Below, in pieces: positions 14,066 to 27,723 of a stretch of DNA of 64,000 nucleotides; position 1 is the first letter of the stretch, and each line of letters starts with the position of its first letter. The notes below the pieces were generated by a model that worked only from the letters and a program-made list of their open reading frames with translations, was not told the DNA's origin and did no database searches. The translations under genes and the position numbers were made by a program. Source of the stretch: Escherichia coli (GTDB lineage Bacteria > Pseudomonadota > Gammaproteobacteria > Enterobacterales > Enterobacteriaceae); the NCBI RefSeq assembly GCF_022846255.1, contig NZ_AP025682.1; one strand, 5' to 3'.

Positions 14066-17000
14066 ATGGGAACCACCACCATGGGGGTTAAGCTGGACGA
14101 CGCGACGCGTGAGCGTATTAAGTCTGCCGCGACACGTATCGATCGCACGCCACACTGGTTAATCAAACAGGCGATTTTTTCTTATCTTGAACAACTGGAA
14201 AACAGCGATACTCTGCCGGAGCTACCTGCGCTGCTTTCTGGCGCTGCCAATGAGAGCGATGAAGCACCGACTCCGGCAGAGGAACCACACCAGCCTTTCC
14301 TCGACTTTGCCGAGCAAATTTTGCCCCAGTCGGTTTCCCGCGCCGCGATCACCGCGGCCTATCGCCGCCCGGAAACCGAAGCGGTTTCTATGCTGCTGGA
14401 ACAAGCTCGCCTGCCGCAGCCAGTTGCTGAACAGGCGCACAAACTGGCGTATCAACTGGCCGATAAACTGCGTAATCAAAAAAACGCCAGTGGTCGCGCA
14501 GGTATGGTTCAGGGGTTATTGCAGGAGTTTTCGTTGTCATCGCAGGAAGGCGTGGCGCTGATGTGTCTGGCGGAAGCGTTGTTGCGTATTCCCGACAAAG
14601 CCACCCGTGACGCGTTAATTCGCGACAAAATCAGTAACGGTAACTGGCAGTCACACATTGGTCGTAGCCCGTCCCTGTTTGTTAATGCCGCTACCTGGGG
14701 GCTGCTGTTTACCGGCAAACTGGTTTCCACCCATAACGAAGCCAGCCTCTCCCGCTCGCTGAACCGCATTATCGGTAAGAGCGGTGAACCGCTGATCCGC
14801 AAAGGTGTGGATATGGCGATGCGCCTGATGGGCGAGCAGTTCGTCACGGGCGAAACCATCGCGGAAGCGTTAGCCAATGCCCGCAAACTGGAAGAGAAAG
14901 GTTTCCGTTACTCTTACGATATGCTGGGCGAAGCCGCACTGACTGCCGCAGATGCACAAGCGTATATGGTTTCCTATCAGCAGGCGATTCACGCCATTGG
15001 TAAAGCGTCTAACGGTCGTGGCATCTATGAAGGTCCGGGCATTTCAATCAAGCTGTCGGCGCTACATCCGCGTTATAGCCGCGCCCAGTATGACCGGGTA
15101 ATGGAAGAGCTTTACCCGCGTCTGAAATCACTCACCCTGCTGGCGCGTCAGTACGATATTGGTATTAACATCGATGCCGAAGAGGCCGATCGTCTGGAGA
15201 TCTCCCTCGATCTGCTGGAAAAACTCTGTTTCGAGCCGGAACTGGCAGGCTGGAACGGCATCGGTTTTGTTATTCAGGCTTATCAAAAACGCTGCCCACT
15301 GGTGATTGATTACCTGATTGATCTCGCCACCCGCAGCCGTCGCCGTCTGATGATTCGCCTGGTGAAAGGCGCGTACTGGGATAGTGAAATCAAGCGCGCA
15401 CAGATGGACGGCCTTGAAGGTTATCCGGTTTATACCCGCAAGGTGTATACCGACGTTTCTTATCTTGCCTGTGCGAAAAAACTGCTGGCGGTGCCAAATC
15501 TAATCTACCCGCAGTTCGCGACGCACAACGCCCATACGCTGGCGGCAATTTATCAACTGGCGGGTCAAAACTACTACCCGGGTCAGTACGAGTTCCAGTG
15601 CCTGCATGGTATGGGCGAGCCACTGTATGAGCAGGTCACCGGGAAAGTTGCCGACGGCAAACTTAACCGTCCGTGTCGTATTTATGCTCCGGTCGGTACA
15701 CATGAAACGCTGCTGGCATATCTGGTGCGCCGCCTGCTGGAAAACGGTGCTAACACCTCGTTTGTTAACCGTATTGCCGACACCTCTTTGCCACTGGATG
15801 AACTGGTCGCCGATCCAGTCACTGCTGTAGAAAAACTGGCGCAACAGGAAGGGCAAACTGGATTACCGCATCCGAAAATTCCCCTGCCGCGCGATCTTTA
15901 CGGTCACGGGCGCGACAACTCGGCAGGGCTGGATCTCGCTAACGAACACCGTCTGTCCTCGCTCTCTTCAGCCCTGCTCAATAGTGCACTGCAAAAATGG
16001 CAGTCCTTGCCAATGCTGGAACAATCGGTCGCGGCTGGTGAGATGTCGCCCGTTATTAACCCTGCGGAACCGAAAGATATTGTGGGCTATGTGCGTGAAG
16101 CCACGCCGCGTGAAGTAGAACAGGCGCTGGAAAGTGCGGTTAATAACGCGCCAATCTGGTTTGCCACTCCTCCGGCTGAACGCGCGGCGATTTTGCATCG
16201 CGCTGCCGTGCTAATGGAAAGCCAGATGCAGCAACTGATTGGTATTCTGGTGCGTGAAGCCGGAAAAACCTTCAGTAACGCCATTGCCGAAGTGCGCGAA
16301 GCGGTCGATTTTCTCCACTACTATGCCGGACAGGTGCGGGATGATTTCGCTAACGAAACCCACCGTCCATTAGGGCCTGTGGTATGTATCAGTCCGTGGA
16401 ACTTCCCGCTGGCTATTTTCACCGGACAGATCGCTGCCGCACTGGCGGCAGGTAACAGCGTGCTGGCAAAACCGGCAGAACAAACGCCGCTGATTGCCGC
16501 GCAAGGGATCGCCATTTTGCTGGAAGCGGGTGTACCGCCAGGCGTGGTGCAATTGCTGCCAGGTCGGGGTGAAACCGTGGGCGCGCAACTGACGGGTGAT
16601 GATCGCGTGCGCGGGGTGATGTTTACCGGTTCAACCGAAGTCGCTACGTTACTGCAGCGCAATATCGCCAGCCGCCTGGACGCTCAGGGTCGCCCTATTC
16701 CGCTCATCGCTGAAACCGGCGGCATGAACGCGATGATTGTCGATTCTTCAGCACTGACCGAACAAGTCGTAATAGATGTGCTGGCCTCGGCGTTCGACAG
16801 TGCAGGTCAGCGTTGTTCGGCACTGCGCGTGCTGTGCCTGCAAGATGAGATTGCCGACCACACGCTGAAAATGCTGCGCGGCGCAATGGCCGAATGCCGG
16901 ATGGGTAATCCGGGTCGCCTGACCACCGATATCGGTCCGGTGATTGATAGCGAAGCGAAAGCCAATATCGAGCGTCATATTCAGACCATGCGTAGTAAAG

Positions 17001-18028
17001 GCCGTCAGGTGTTCCAGGCGGTGCGGGAAAACAGCGAAGATGCCCGTGAATGGCAAAGCGGCACCTTTGTCGCTCCGACGCTGATCGAACTGGATGACTT
17101 TGCCGAATTACAAAAAGAGGTCTTTGGTCCGGTGTTGCATGTGGTGCGTTACAACCGTAACCAGCTGCCGGCGCTGATCGAGCAGATTAACGCTTCCGGT
17201 TATGGTCTGACGCTTGGCGTCCATACGCGCATTGATGAAACCATCGCCCAGGTCACTGGCTCGGCGCATGTCGGTAATCTGTACGTTAACCGTAATATGG
17301 TGGGCGCGGTGGTTGGGGTGCAACCGTTCGGCGGCGAAGGGTTGTCCGGTACCGGGCCGAAAGCAGGCGGTCCGCTCTATCTCTACCGTCTGCTGGCGAA
17401 TCGCCCGGAAAGTGCGCTGGCGGTGACGCTCGCGCGTCAGGATGCGGAGTATCCGGTCGATGCGCAGTTGAAAGCCGCATTGACTCAGCCGCTAAATGCA
17501 CTGCGGGAATGGGCGGCAAACCGTCCAGAATTGCAGGCGTTATGTACGCAATATGGCGAGTTGGCGCAGGCAGGAACACAACGATTGTTGCCAGGGCCGA
17601 CGGGTGAACGCAACACCTGGACGCTGCTGCCGCGTGAGCGCGTGTTGTGTATTGCGGATGATGAACAGGATGCGCTGACTCAGCTCGCCGCCGTGCTGGC
17701 GGTGGGTAGCCAGGTGCTGTGGCCGGATGATGCGCTGCATCGTCAGTTAGTGAAGGCATTGCCATCGGCAGTCAGCGAACGTATTCAACTGGCGAAAGCG
17801 GAAAATATAACCGCTCAACCGTTTGATGCGGTGATCTTCCACGGTGATTCGGATCAGCTTCGCGCATTGTGTGAAGCCGTTGCCGCGCGGGATGGTGCAA
17901 TTGTTTCGGTGCAGGGTTTTGCCCGTGGCGAAAGCAATATCCTTCTGGAACGGCTGTATATCGAGCGTTCGCTGAGTGTGAATACCGCTGCTGCTGGCGG
18001 TAACGCCAGTTTAATGACGATCGGTTAA
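14066..18028 (+). CDS. putA: Bifunctional proline dehydrogenase/P5C dehydrogenase and transcriptional repressor PutA
   Basis: The track ORF begins at 14000. The conserved start is MGTTTMGVKLDD at 14066, giving 1320 aa with an N-terminal ribbon-helix-helix, a PRODH domain and an ALDH domain. Confidence 0.95.
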   Translation: MGTTTMGVKLDDATRERIKSAATRIDRTPHWLIKQAIFSYLEQLENSDTLPELPALLSGAANESDEAPTPAEEPHQPFLDFAEQILPQSVSRAAITAAYRRPETEAVSMLLEQARLPQPVAEQAHKLAYQLADKLRNQKNASGRAGMVQGLLQEFSLSSQEGVALMCLAEALLRIPDKATRDALIRDKISNGNWQSHIGRSPSLFVNAATWGLLFTGKLVSTHNEASLSRSLNRIIGKSGEPLIRKGVDMAMRLMGEQFVTGETIAEALANARKLEEKGFRYSYDMLGEAALTAADAQAYMVSYQQAIHAIGKASNGRGIYEGPGISIKLSALHPRYSRAQYDRVMEELYPRLKSLTLLARQYDIGINIDAEEADRLEISLDLLEKLCFEPELAGWNGIGFVIQAYQKRCPLVIDYLIDLATRSRRRLMIRLVKGAYWDSEIKRAQMDGLEGYPVYTRKVYTDVSYLACAKKLLAVPNLIYPQFATHNAHTLAAIYQLAGQNYYPGQYEFQCLHGMGEPLYEQVTGKVADGKLNRPCRIYAPVGTHETLLAYLVRRLLENGANTSFVNRIADTSLPLDELVADPVTAVEKLAQQEGQTGLPHPKIPLPRDLYGHGRDNSAGLDLANEHRLSSLSSALLNSALQKWQSLPMLEQSVAAGEMSPVINPAEPKDIVGYVREATPREVEQALESAVNNAPIWFATPPAERAAILHRAAVLMESQMQQLIGILVREAGKTFSNAIAEVREAVDFLHYYAGQVRDDFANETHRPLGPVVCISPWNFPLAIFTGQIAAALAAGNSVLAKPAEQTPLIAAQGIAILLEAGVPPGVVQLLPGRGETVGAQLTGDDRVRGVMFTGSTEVATLLQRNIASRLDAQGRPIPLIAETGGMNAMIVDSSALTEQVVIDVLASAFDSAGQRCSALRVLCLQDEIADHTLKMLRGAMAECRMGNPGRLTTDIGPVIDSEAKANIERHIQTMRSKGRQVFQAVRENSEDAREWQSGTFVAPTLIELDDFAELQKEVFGPVLHVVRYNRNQLPALIEQINASGYGLTLGVHTRIDETIAQVTGSAHVGNLYVNRNMVGAVVGVQPFGGEGLSGTGPKAGGPLYLYRLLANRPESALAVTLARQDAEYPVDAQLKAALTQPLNALREWAANRPELQALCTQYGELAQAGTQRLLPGPTGERNTWTLLPRERVLCIADDEQDALTQLAAVLAVGSQVLWPDDALHRQLVKALPSAVSERIQLAKAENITAQPFDAVIFHGDSDQLRALCEAVAARDGAIVSVQGFARGESNILLERLYIERSLSVNTAAAGGNASLMTIG

Positions 18029-18067
18029 ACAGGTAGCCGGAGGATGTTACAACCTCCTCCGGCATCT

Positions 18068-18706
18068 TTAACGTGGTCGAATCCCCTCAATAATAATCCG
18101 CTGCACGTTTTCAACCGTTTGATTGAAAAACACCTCATCGCGCAACGTCGCGCCTGTCACCGCCTCCACCTGAGGGGCAAAATCGGCGTAATGTTGAGTG
18201 GAAGCCCAAATCATAAAAATCAAATGCTGCGGGTCAATCGGCGCGAGTTTGCCGCTTTTAACCCAACCGGCAATGAGCGCCGATTTCTCATCAATTAATG
18301 CCTTCAAATCGCCCGTCAGTTCATCCATTAACAGCGGTGCACCTGCCAGCATCTCCATACAGAACAGGCGCGAAGCCTGCGGATAATCGCGGGAAACTTC
18401 CAGCTTCAGACGGATGTATTCTTTGATCGCCGCCAGCGGGGCGAAATCTTCTCGAAACGCTTTTAACGGTGCCAGCCAGATATCGAGAATCTGCCGCAGT
18501 ACGGCTATATACAGCGCCTCTTTTGACGGAAAGTAATACAGCAGATTGGTTTTTGAAACACCCGCCAACTCCGCGATCTGCTCCAGCCTTGTGCCGTGAA
18601 AACCGAATTGTGAAAAAGTGTCCAGTGCTGCGCTAAGAATCGCTTTTTTCTTCGCGCTTACTGCGCGCGAACGCTTACCCGTTGTTTTCACTGCGCCTTG
18701 CGTCAT
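18068..18706 (-). CDS. rutR: TetR-family pyrimidine utilization regulator RutR
   Basis: The start is the internal MTQGAVKTTGKR, giving 212 aa with a TetR HTH (LEQIAELAGVSKTNLLYYFPSKEALY); divergent from rutA. Confidence 0.9.
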   Translation of the reverse strand: MTQGAVKTTGKRSRAVSAKKKAILSAALDTFSQFGFHGTRLEQIAELAGVSKTNLLYYFPSKEALYIAVLRQILDIWLAPLKAFREDFAPLAAIKEYIRLKLEVSRDYPQASRLFCMEMLAGAPLLMDELTGDLKALIDEKSALIAGWVKSGKLAPIDPQHLIFMIWASTQHYADFAPQVEAVTGATLRDEVFFNQTVENVQRIIIEGIRPR

Positions 18707-18812
18707 GCGCTCTCCCCTCTTGTTGATTGGCAACAGGATAGCAAAACCCCCGCCCGGCCTCGACCTTCTGCACTCTCATCGCGCACGAATGCATGTTTTA
18801 TGTGCAACTGTT

Positions 18813-18828
18813 TTGACCGTTTAGTCCA
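18813..18828. promoter_or_regulatory. Candidate RutR operator
   Basis: TTGACCGTTTAGTCCA resembles the RutR consensus TTGACCAnnTGGTCAA and lies in the rutR-rutA intergenic region. Confidence 0.5.
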
Positions 18829-18892
18829 CTTTTTTTCAGGCATTTTAGACAACTTAACATTAACACATTAATAACATTCACTTTTTAAAAAC

Positions 18893-18908
18893 TGGCATCC
18901 GCTTTGCA
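18893..18908 (+). promoter_or_regulatory. Sigma54 (-24/-12) promoter of rutA
   Basis: TGGCATccgctTTGCA with GG and GC spaced by 12 nt, about 30 nt upstream of the rutA start; the rut operon is known to be NtrC/sigma54 dependent. Confidence 0.7.
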
Positions 18909-18936
18909 AACAAGCCATTACGCGGCTGAAAAGGAT

Positions 18937-20777
<1,841 letters not shown>

Positions 20778-20788
20778 GGAGTTTAACG

Positions 20789-21175
20789 ATGCCAAAATCC
20801 GTAATTATTCCTGCTGGCAGCAGCACACCGCTGGCCCCCTTCGTTCCCGGCACGCTGGCTGATGGCGTGGTGTATGTCTCCGGTACGCTGGCTTTTGATC
20901 AACATAACAACGTGCTGTTTGCCGATGACCCAAAGGCGCAAACCCGCCACGTTCTGGAAACCATCCGCAAGGTCATCGAGACGGCGGGTGGCACGATGGC
21001 GGATGTGACCTTCAACAGCATCTTTATTACCGACTGGAAAAATTACGCCGCGATTAACGAAATCTACGCCGAGTTTTTCCCGGGTGACAAACCGGCGCGA
21101 TTCTGCATTCAGTGCGGACTGGTAAAACCTGACGCGCTGGTGGAAATCGCCACAATTGCGCATATCGCCAAGTGA
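20789..21175 (+). CDS. rutC: Aminoacrylate peracid reductase RutC (YjgF/RidA family)
   Basis: 128-aa ORF. Confidence 0.92.
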   Translation: MPKSVIIPAGSSTPLAPFVPGTLADGVVYVSGTLAFDQHNNVLFADDPKAQTRHVLETIRKVIETAGGTMADVTFNSIFITDWKNYAAINEIYAEFFPGDKPARFCIQCGLVKPDALVEIATIAHIAK

Positions 21176-21182
21176 GGCCGCG

Positions 21183-21983
21183 ATGAAACTTTCACTCTCA
21201 CCTCCCCCTTATGCTGATGCGCCCGTAGTGGTGTTGATTTCGGGTCTTGGCGGTAGCGGCAGTTACTGGTTACCGCAACTGGCGGTGCTGGATCAGGAGT
21301 ATCAGGTAGTCTGTTACGACCAGCGCGGCACCGGCAATAATCCCGACACGCTGGCAGAAGATTACAGTATCGCCCAGATGGCAGCGGAACTGCATCAGGC
21401 GCTGGTAGCCGCAGGGATTGAGCGTTACGCGGTGATCGGCCATGCGCTCGGTGCGCTGGTGGGAATGCAGCTGGCGCTGGATTATCCCGCGTCGGTAACT
21501 GTGCTGGTCAGCGTTAACGGCTGGCTACGAATAAACGCCCATACGCGCCGCTGTTTTCAGGTTCGCGAACAGTTACTACATAGCGGCGGCGCGCAGGCAT
21601 GGGTGGAAGCGCAGCCGTTGTTCCTCTATCCCGCCGACTGGATGGCGGCCCGCGCACCTCGCCTTGAGGCAGAAGACGCGCTGGCACTGGCGCATTTTCA
21701 GGGCAAAAATAATTTACTGCGTCGACTTAACGCCCTCAAACGCGCTGACTTTAGTCGCCATGCGGATCGTATCCGCTGCCCGGTGCAAATCATCTGCGCC
21801 AGTGATGATCTGCTGGTGCCATCAGCATGTTCCAGTGAACTTCATGCCGCTCTGCCCGATAGCCAGAAAATGGTGATGCGCTATGGCGGACACGCCTGCA
21901 ACGTGACCGATCCCGAAACGTTTAATGCTCTGTTACTCAACGGGCTTGCCAGCCTGTTACATCACCGTGAAGCCGCCCTGTAA
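21183..21983 (+). CDS. rutD: Alpha/beta hydrolase RutD
   Basis: Start at the internal [12 protein letters not shown], about 266 aa, with a GHALG nucleophile elbow. Confidence 0.9.
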   Translation: MKLSLSPPPYADAPVVVLISGLGGSGSYWLPQLAVLDQEYQVVCYDQRGTGNNPDTLAEDYSIAQMAAELHQALVAAGIERYAVIGHALGALVGMQLALDYPASVTVLVSVNGWLRINAHTRRCFQVREQLLHSGGAQAWVEAQPLFLYPADWMAARAPRLEAEDALALAHFQGKNNLLRRLNALKRADFSRHADRIRCPVQIICASDDLLVPSACSSELHAALPDSQKMVMRYGGHACNVTDPETFNALLLNGLASLLHHREAAL

Positions 21984-21992
21984 GGAATTGCT

Positions 21993-22583
21993 ATGAACGA
22001 AGCCGTTAGCCCAGGTGCGCTTAGCACCCTGTTCACCGATGCCCGCACTCACAACGGCTGGCGGGAGCCCCCCGTCAGCGATGAGACGTTACGGGAGATT
22101 TATGCCCAGATGAAATGGGGGCCGACATCAGCTAACTGTTCTCCGGCACGGATCGTGTTTATCCGCACTGCAGAAGGAAAAGAACGTCTGCGCCCGGCGC
22201 TTTCCAGCGGCAATCTGCAAAAAACCCTGACCGCGCCCGTCACCGCTATCGTCGCCTGGGACAGTGAATTTTATGAACGGTTACCACAGCTGTTTCCTCA
22301 CGGCGATGCCCGCAGTTGGTTTACCTCCAGCCCACAACTTGCCGAAGAAACAGCGTTTCGCAACAGTTCCATGCAGGCGGCTTATCTGATCGTCGCCTGC
22401 CGCTCGCTGGGGCTGGATACCGGCCCGATGTCGGGCTTTGACCGTCAACACGTGGACGACGCCTTTTTTACGGGCAGCACGCTGAAGAGCAATCTGCTGA
22501 TTAATATCGGCTATGGCGATAGCAGCAAGCTTTATGCGCGCCTGCCACGTCTGTCCTTTGAAGAAGCCTGCGGGCTGTTGTAA
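21993..22583 (+). CDS. rutE: Malonic semialdehyde reductase RutE (nitroreductase family)
   Basis: 196-aa ORF. Confidence 0.92.
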   Translation: MNEAVSPGALSTLFTDARTHNGWREPPVSDETLREIYAQMKWGPTSANCSPARIVFIRTAEGKERLRPALSSGNLQKTLTAPVTAIVAWDSEFYERLPQLFPHGDARSWFTSSPQLAEETAFRNSSMQAAYLIVACRSLGLDTGPMSGFDRQHVDDAFFTGSTLKSNLLINIGYGDSSKLYARLPRLSFEEACGLL

Positions 22584-22593
22584 GGAGCAAACT

Positions 22594-23088
22594 ATGAACA
22601 TTGTCGATCAACAAACTTTTCGCGATGCGATGTCCTGCATGGGCGCGGCGGTCAATATCATCACCACGGACGGTCCAGCCGGGCGCGCCGGGTTCACCGC
22701 CAGCGCCGTCTGCAGCGTGACCGATACGCCGCCCACATTACTGGTGTGCCTGAATCGTGGGGCGTCCGTCTGGCCGGTATTCAATGAAAATCGAACGCTG
22801 TGTGTAAATACACTTAGCGCCGGGCAGGAGCCGCTTTCAAACCTTTTTGGCGGCAAAACGCCCATGGAACACCGCTTTGCCGCCGCCCGCTGGCAGACGG
22901 GTGTGACCGGATGCCCGCAACTGGAAGAAGCACTGGTTTCGTTTGACTGCCGTATCAGCCAGGTGGTGAGCGTCGGCACCCACGACATTTTGTTTTGCGC
23001 CATCGAAGCGATTCATCGTCACGCCACCCCCTACGGGCTGGTGTGGTTTGATCGCAGTTATCACGCGCTGATGCGCCCTGCTTGTTAA
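22594..23088 (+). CDS. rutF: FMN reductase RutF
   Basis: Start at the internal [11 protein letters not shown], 164 aa, flavin reductase-like. Confidence 0.9.
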
Positions 23089-23108
23089 CCTCCTTAAGGA
23101 GACAGCTG

Positions 23109-24437
23109 ATGGCAATGTTCGGTTTTCCTCACTGGCAGTTAAAATCGACCTCTACAGAGAGCGGCGTGGTCGCGCCGGATGAACGATTGCCGTTTGCTCA
23201 AACGGCAGTAATGGGCGTTCAACACGCGGTGGCGATGTTTGGCGCGACGGTGTTAATGCCGATTCTGATGGGGCTGGATCCCAATCTTTCCATTTTAATG
23301 TCGGGGATCGGCACGTTACTGTTTTTCTTTATTACCGGCGGGCGCGTGCCCAGTTATCTCGGTTCCAGCGCGGCTTTTGTCGGCGTGGTGATTGCCGCGA
23401 CGGGCTTTAATGGTCAGGGAATTAATCCGAATATCGGCATCGCGCTGGGCGGGATTATCGCCTGTGGGCTGGTTTATACCGTCATTGGCCTGGTGGTGAT
23501 GAAAATCGGTACGCGCTGGATTGAACGACTAATGCCGCCGGTTGTGACGGGTGCGGTAGTGATGGCGATTGGCCTGAACTTAGCGCCTATCGCAGTGAAA
23601 AATGTATCGGCTTCGGCCTTTGATAGCTGGATGGCGGTAATGACGGTGCTGTGTATTGGGCTGGTGGCCGTATTTACCCGTGGCATGATCCAGCGATTAT
23701 TGATTCTCGTAGGATTAATTGTTGCCTGTCTGCTGTATGGCGTGATGACCAACGTTTTAGGGCTGGGAAAAGCCGTCGATTTTACTCTCGTCAGCCATGC
23801 TGCCTGGTTCGGTCTGCCACATTTTTCCACTCCTGCTTTTAATGGTCAGGCAATGATGCTGATTGCGCCCGTGGCGGTGATTCTGGTGGCGGAAAACTTA
23901 GGTCATCTCAAGGCGGTCGCCGGGATGACCGGACGCAATATGGACCCGTATATGGGGCGGGCATTCGTAGGCGATGGGCTGGCGACGATGCTTTCTGGCT
24001 CTGTCGGCGGTAGCGGCGTAACCACCTACGCCGAGAATATCGGTGTGATGGCCGTGACAAAAGTCTACTCGACGCTGGTGTTTGTTGCCGCTGCCGTCAT
24101 CGCCATGCTGTTGGGCTTTTCGCCGAAATTTGGCGCGCTGATCCATACTATTCCGGCTGCGGTGATTGGTGGTGCATCAATTGTTGTGTTCGGGCTGATT
24201 GCCGTCGCAGGCGCACGGATCTGGGTACAAAACAGTGTGGATTTAAGCCAGAACGGTAATTTGATTATGGTCGCAGTAACCTTAGTGCTGGGTGCGGGTG
24301 ATTTTGCTCTCACACTGGGCGGTTTTACGTTGGGAGGGATCGGTACAGCCACCTTTGGCGCGATTTTACTCAATGCGTTGTTAAGCAGAAGGTTGGTTGA
24401 CGTTCCACCGCCAGAAGTTGTTCATCAGGAGCCATAA
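23109..24437 (+). CDS. rutG: Pyrimidine permease RutG (NCS2 family)
   Basis: Start at the internal MAMFGFPHW, 442 aa, polytopic. Confidence 0.92.
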   Translation: MAMFGFPHWQLKSTSTESGVVAPDERLPFAQTAVMGVQHAVAMFGATVLMPILMGLDPNLSILMSGIGTLLFFFITGGRVPSYLGSSAAFVGVVIAATGFNGQGINPNIGIALGGIIACGLVYTVIGLVVMKIGTRWIERLMPPVVTGAVVMAIGLNLAPIAVKNVSASAFDSWMAVMTVLCIGLVAVFTRGMIQRLLILVGLIVACLLYGVMTNVLGLGKAVDFTLVSHAAWFGLPHFSTPAFNGQAMMLIAPVAVILVAENLGHLKAVAGMTGRNMDPYMGRAFVGDGLATMLSGSVGGSGVTTYAENIGVMAVTKVYSTLVFVAAAVIAMLLGFSPKFGALIHTIPAAVIGGASIVVFGLIAVAGARIWVQNSVDLSQNGNLIMVAVTLVLGAGDFALTLGGFTLGGIGTATFGAILLNALLSRRLVDVPPPEVVHQEP

Positions 24438-24519
24438 ACAGAAAACCGCCGGGGTAACCGGCGGTGATGGCGTTTTGACGAGCTACAGACAAAAATGCAT
24501 GCGTCATTGATTAGCCCGG

Positions 24520-24693
24520 CTAGTTGTCGCTTTTACCGTGACTGCTCTTGCCACCTTTTTTACCTGCTTCAGATGCGCGCTGCGGGTCATTTTTGAAATT
24601 ACCCCCGCTGTGCTGTCCACCTTTTTTACCTGCTTCTGATGCTCTTTCGCGGTCTTCTGCAAAATTGCCGGAACCGCCTCGATGGTTTGCCAT
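24520..24693 (-). CDS. ymdF: KGG-repeat general stress protein YmdF
   Basis: 57 aa (MANHRGGSG...) with repeated RASEAGKKGG units. Confidence 0.85.
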   Translation of the reverse strand: MANHRGGSGNFAEDRERASEAGKKGGQHSGGNFKNDPQRASEAGKKGGKSSHGKSDN

Positions 24694-25047
24694 TACTGAC
24701 CTCCGTCTGGGTATAGACATCATATTGCATAGAATTAACGCGGCGTATGGCGGCTGCCATATTTTCGCTACGTGGGACTAAGCTTAGTGAACTGACGCGG
24801 GCAGACCCGCGTTTGGTAATATCCTGCAACAGCTTCTTAGCGAGAATAGATATCATCTCCAATAATTATCCATAAGCCGCTCTTATGATTAAAAAAACGC
24901 GATGAGATAAAAATGTGTCATTTTGCGACAAAATTACGTGCTTGTGAAAGTTGTTATAAATCAAATAAGTGGTTGTGAAATTTGCACTCTGAAAAGGACG
25001 TCTTATCTTTAAATAAGTGGTAGCGAATCGCTACGGAATAGAGATAA

Positions 25048-25662
<615 letters not shown>

Positions 25663-25682
25663 TCTTCAACAGGAGGATACGC

Positions 25683-25910
25683 ATGCCAACTCAAGAAGCG
25701 AAAGCTCATCACGTCGGTGAATGGGCATCTCTGCGCAATACGTCGCCGGAAATAGCCGAGGCCATTTTCGAAGTCGCCGGGTACGACGAAAAAATGGCGG
25801 AAAAGATTTGGGAAGAAGGTAGCGATGAAGTGTTAGTCAAAGCCTTTGCTAAGACCGATAAAGATTCGCTTTTTTGGGGCGAACAGACCATCGAACGTAA
25901 AAACGTTTAA
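25683..25910 (+). CDS. yccJ: Small protein YccJ
   Basis: 75-aa ORF immediately downstream of wrbA. Confidence 0.9.
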
Positions 25911-25914
25911 CCAG

Positions 25915-25950
25915 CGACTCCCCCGCTTCACGCGGGGGAGTTTTCTGTTA
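25915..25950 (+). terminator. Rho-independent terminator after yccJ (convergent with the agp end)
   Basis: CCCCGCTTCACGCGGGGG hairpin followed by AGTTTTCTGTTATTT. Confidence 0.75.
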
Positions 25951-27189
25951 TTTCACCGCTTCATTCAATACGCTATCAAACTTATCCATTGGGCAAAAAC
26001 CGTTGGCATCTATCGGGCAACCGCTTAATTCCAGCGTCACGCGCTGCGCAGGTGCCTGCAGGGTTAACGCATCGGCATTACGTAACTGTTCCGCACTCTG
26101 GTACACATATTCAATTTTCATCAGGTCGCGATTGGCTTTGCTGTCATGCCAACGCTGGAAAACGATTTTGCCGCCAATCGGCGTGCGTTCGTTCTGGTCA
26201 TGCAACTGATACGGTTTGAAATCCAGCGCCGTTAACAGAGAGGCAATGTTGGAGTCGTGCCCAACTAATACCGTGATTTTCGGAGCACTGGTGCGATCGG
26301 TGACCAGGGCTTTGTCGATATAACTGACCAGCGGTTTCGCAACATTGCGCGCCACTTCCGGTGAGGTAAACAGGCTGTCCTGGTAACCGTTTTTCAGCTT
26401 CGACAACACCTTCCACTGCTGGTCAGATTTGATTTCTCCCCAGGCCACCTGATCCATCGGAAAACCTTCGTAGTATTGCAAAGTAAACGCATCTACCAGC
26501 GAGTTGCCGACTTTCAGCGGCCCGGAAACGCCCGGTTCTTGTTGATACTTCGCGCTAAAGGTATTTTTGCCATCTACAAGCGAACATTGTTGCTTCTCTT
26601 TACACGCAGGAGAATCTTTATAGTTAACGATTTGTTCCAGTAGCTTGTAGCTGTCGGTAAGCTGGAGTTTGCTGAGCTCTTTCTCCATTGCCGCCACCGC
26701 CTGTTCACTGAATGCGGCGGAATCATCGGTGATCACTGGGTTAAAGGTGGGGTCCATAGTGCCCATTTTTTCCTGGTGATGAACAGGAATATCACACCCA
26801 GGGAATGCGCCAGTAATAAAGAACTGCGCGGTCGCGACGGTGCGTTGCAGACTATTGGCATAGGCATAAACGGTGTCCGGTGGCGGGCATTCCCCTGATT
26901 TCACCATCCCCTGTTCTGCCAGCCATTCACGCATATAATGGCCCATATACACTTCGAGCACGCCCCCTTTAGTGGTGAGCTGCCCACCGGGGACGTCCCA
27001 TTCAGGCCATTTATTCGGCGTCGACTGCTCCAGCACACTGCCATTGTTCGCCAGCGGCGCACGTAAGTTATGGCGGCTCATCATGAGCACTTGCTGTAGC
27101 TGATAGCCTTCCGGTACGGTTTGTGCCTAAGCATTTGAAGCGAGTAAAACTATCCCTGCCACAGTTGCGGCGATTAGCGTTTTGTTCAT
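25948..27189 (-). pseudogene. agp: Periplasmic glucose-1-phosphatase Agp, interrupted by an in-frame amber (TAG) codon at position 22 in the signal peptide
   Basis: Reading from the ATG at 27189 gives MNKTLIAATVAGIVLLASNA, then TAG (27127..27129), then [24 protein letters not shown], continuing without further interruption into the 380-aa histidine acid phosphatase body (RHNLRAP motif). Confidence 0.8.
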
Positions 27190-27723
27190 TCCTCACACCT
27201 CTTTTGTTATCAATAATTAAAGAGTGTGACAGAAATATGTCATTTTTCCGGGAACAGGTTCGCAAAATGGCTCGTTGAACGCCTGTTTTTCTATATTCTC
27301 CTTTAAAAACAGGCAAGTTTTGACGCAAACTATGCCTGATTAGCCCCGGCCTCGTTTACGCCGCTAATGATTACATCAGTAGCTATAAAGAAAATCAGCG
27401 GCGTTACCATTACCAATAAAAAAAGAATGTGAGACTAATAGAAATGGTTTTTAGCACATGTCTTTATCATTAAATTGCATAACGATTTAAATAGTCGAGT
27501 TGTGCATTCCTTTCCTTATTGTTTAACTTGTAAGCATGAGCCAAAAGTTCAGGAGGGAGGTAAATAAAATATGTTCCTCCCACCTTGAGGCGACCTCCCC
27601 TCCGCGATGATTTCAATAACATATTCTGTGTTGGCATATGAAATTTTGAGGATTACCCTACACTTATAGGAGTTACCTTACAGGGGTTCCTTCAATTTGT
27701 GTTGATTTACGCGAGATAACGCT

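Noticed and set aside
14187-17765. Multiple 60-160-aa ORFs on both strands inside putA (for example 14187..14561, 16321..16662, 17286..17765)
   Set aside because: These are shadow ORFs within a 1320-aa gene whose full-length frame matches PutA throughout.
27068-27328. 86-aa minus-strand ORF overlapping the agp 5' end
   Set aside because: It lies in a different frame from the agp signal-peptide reading and arises because the amber codon breaks the real frame.
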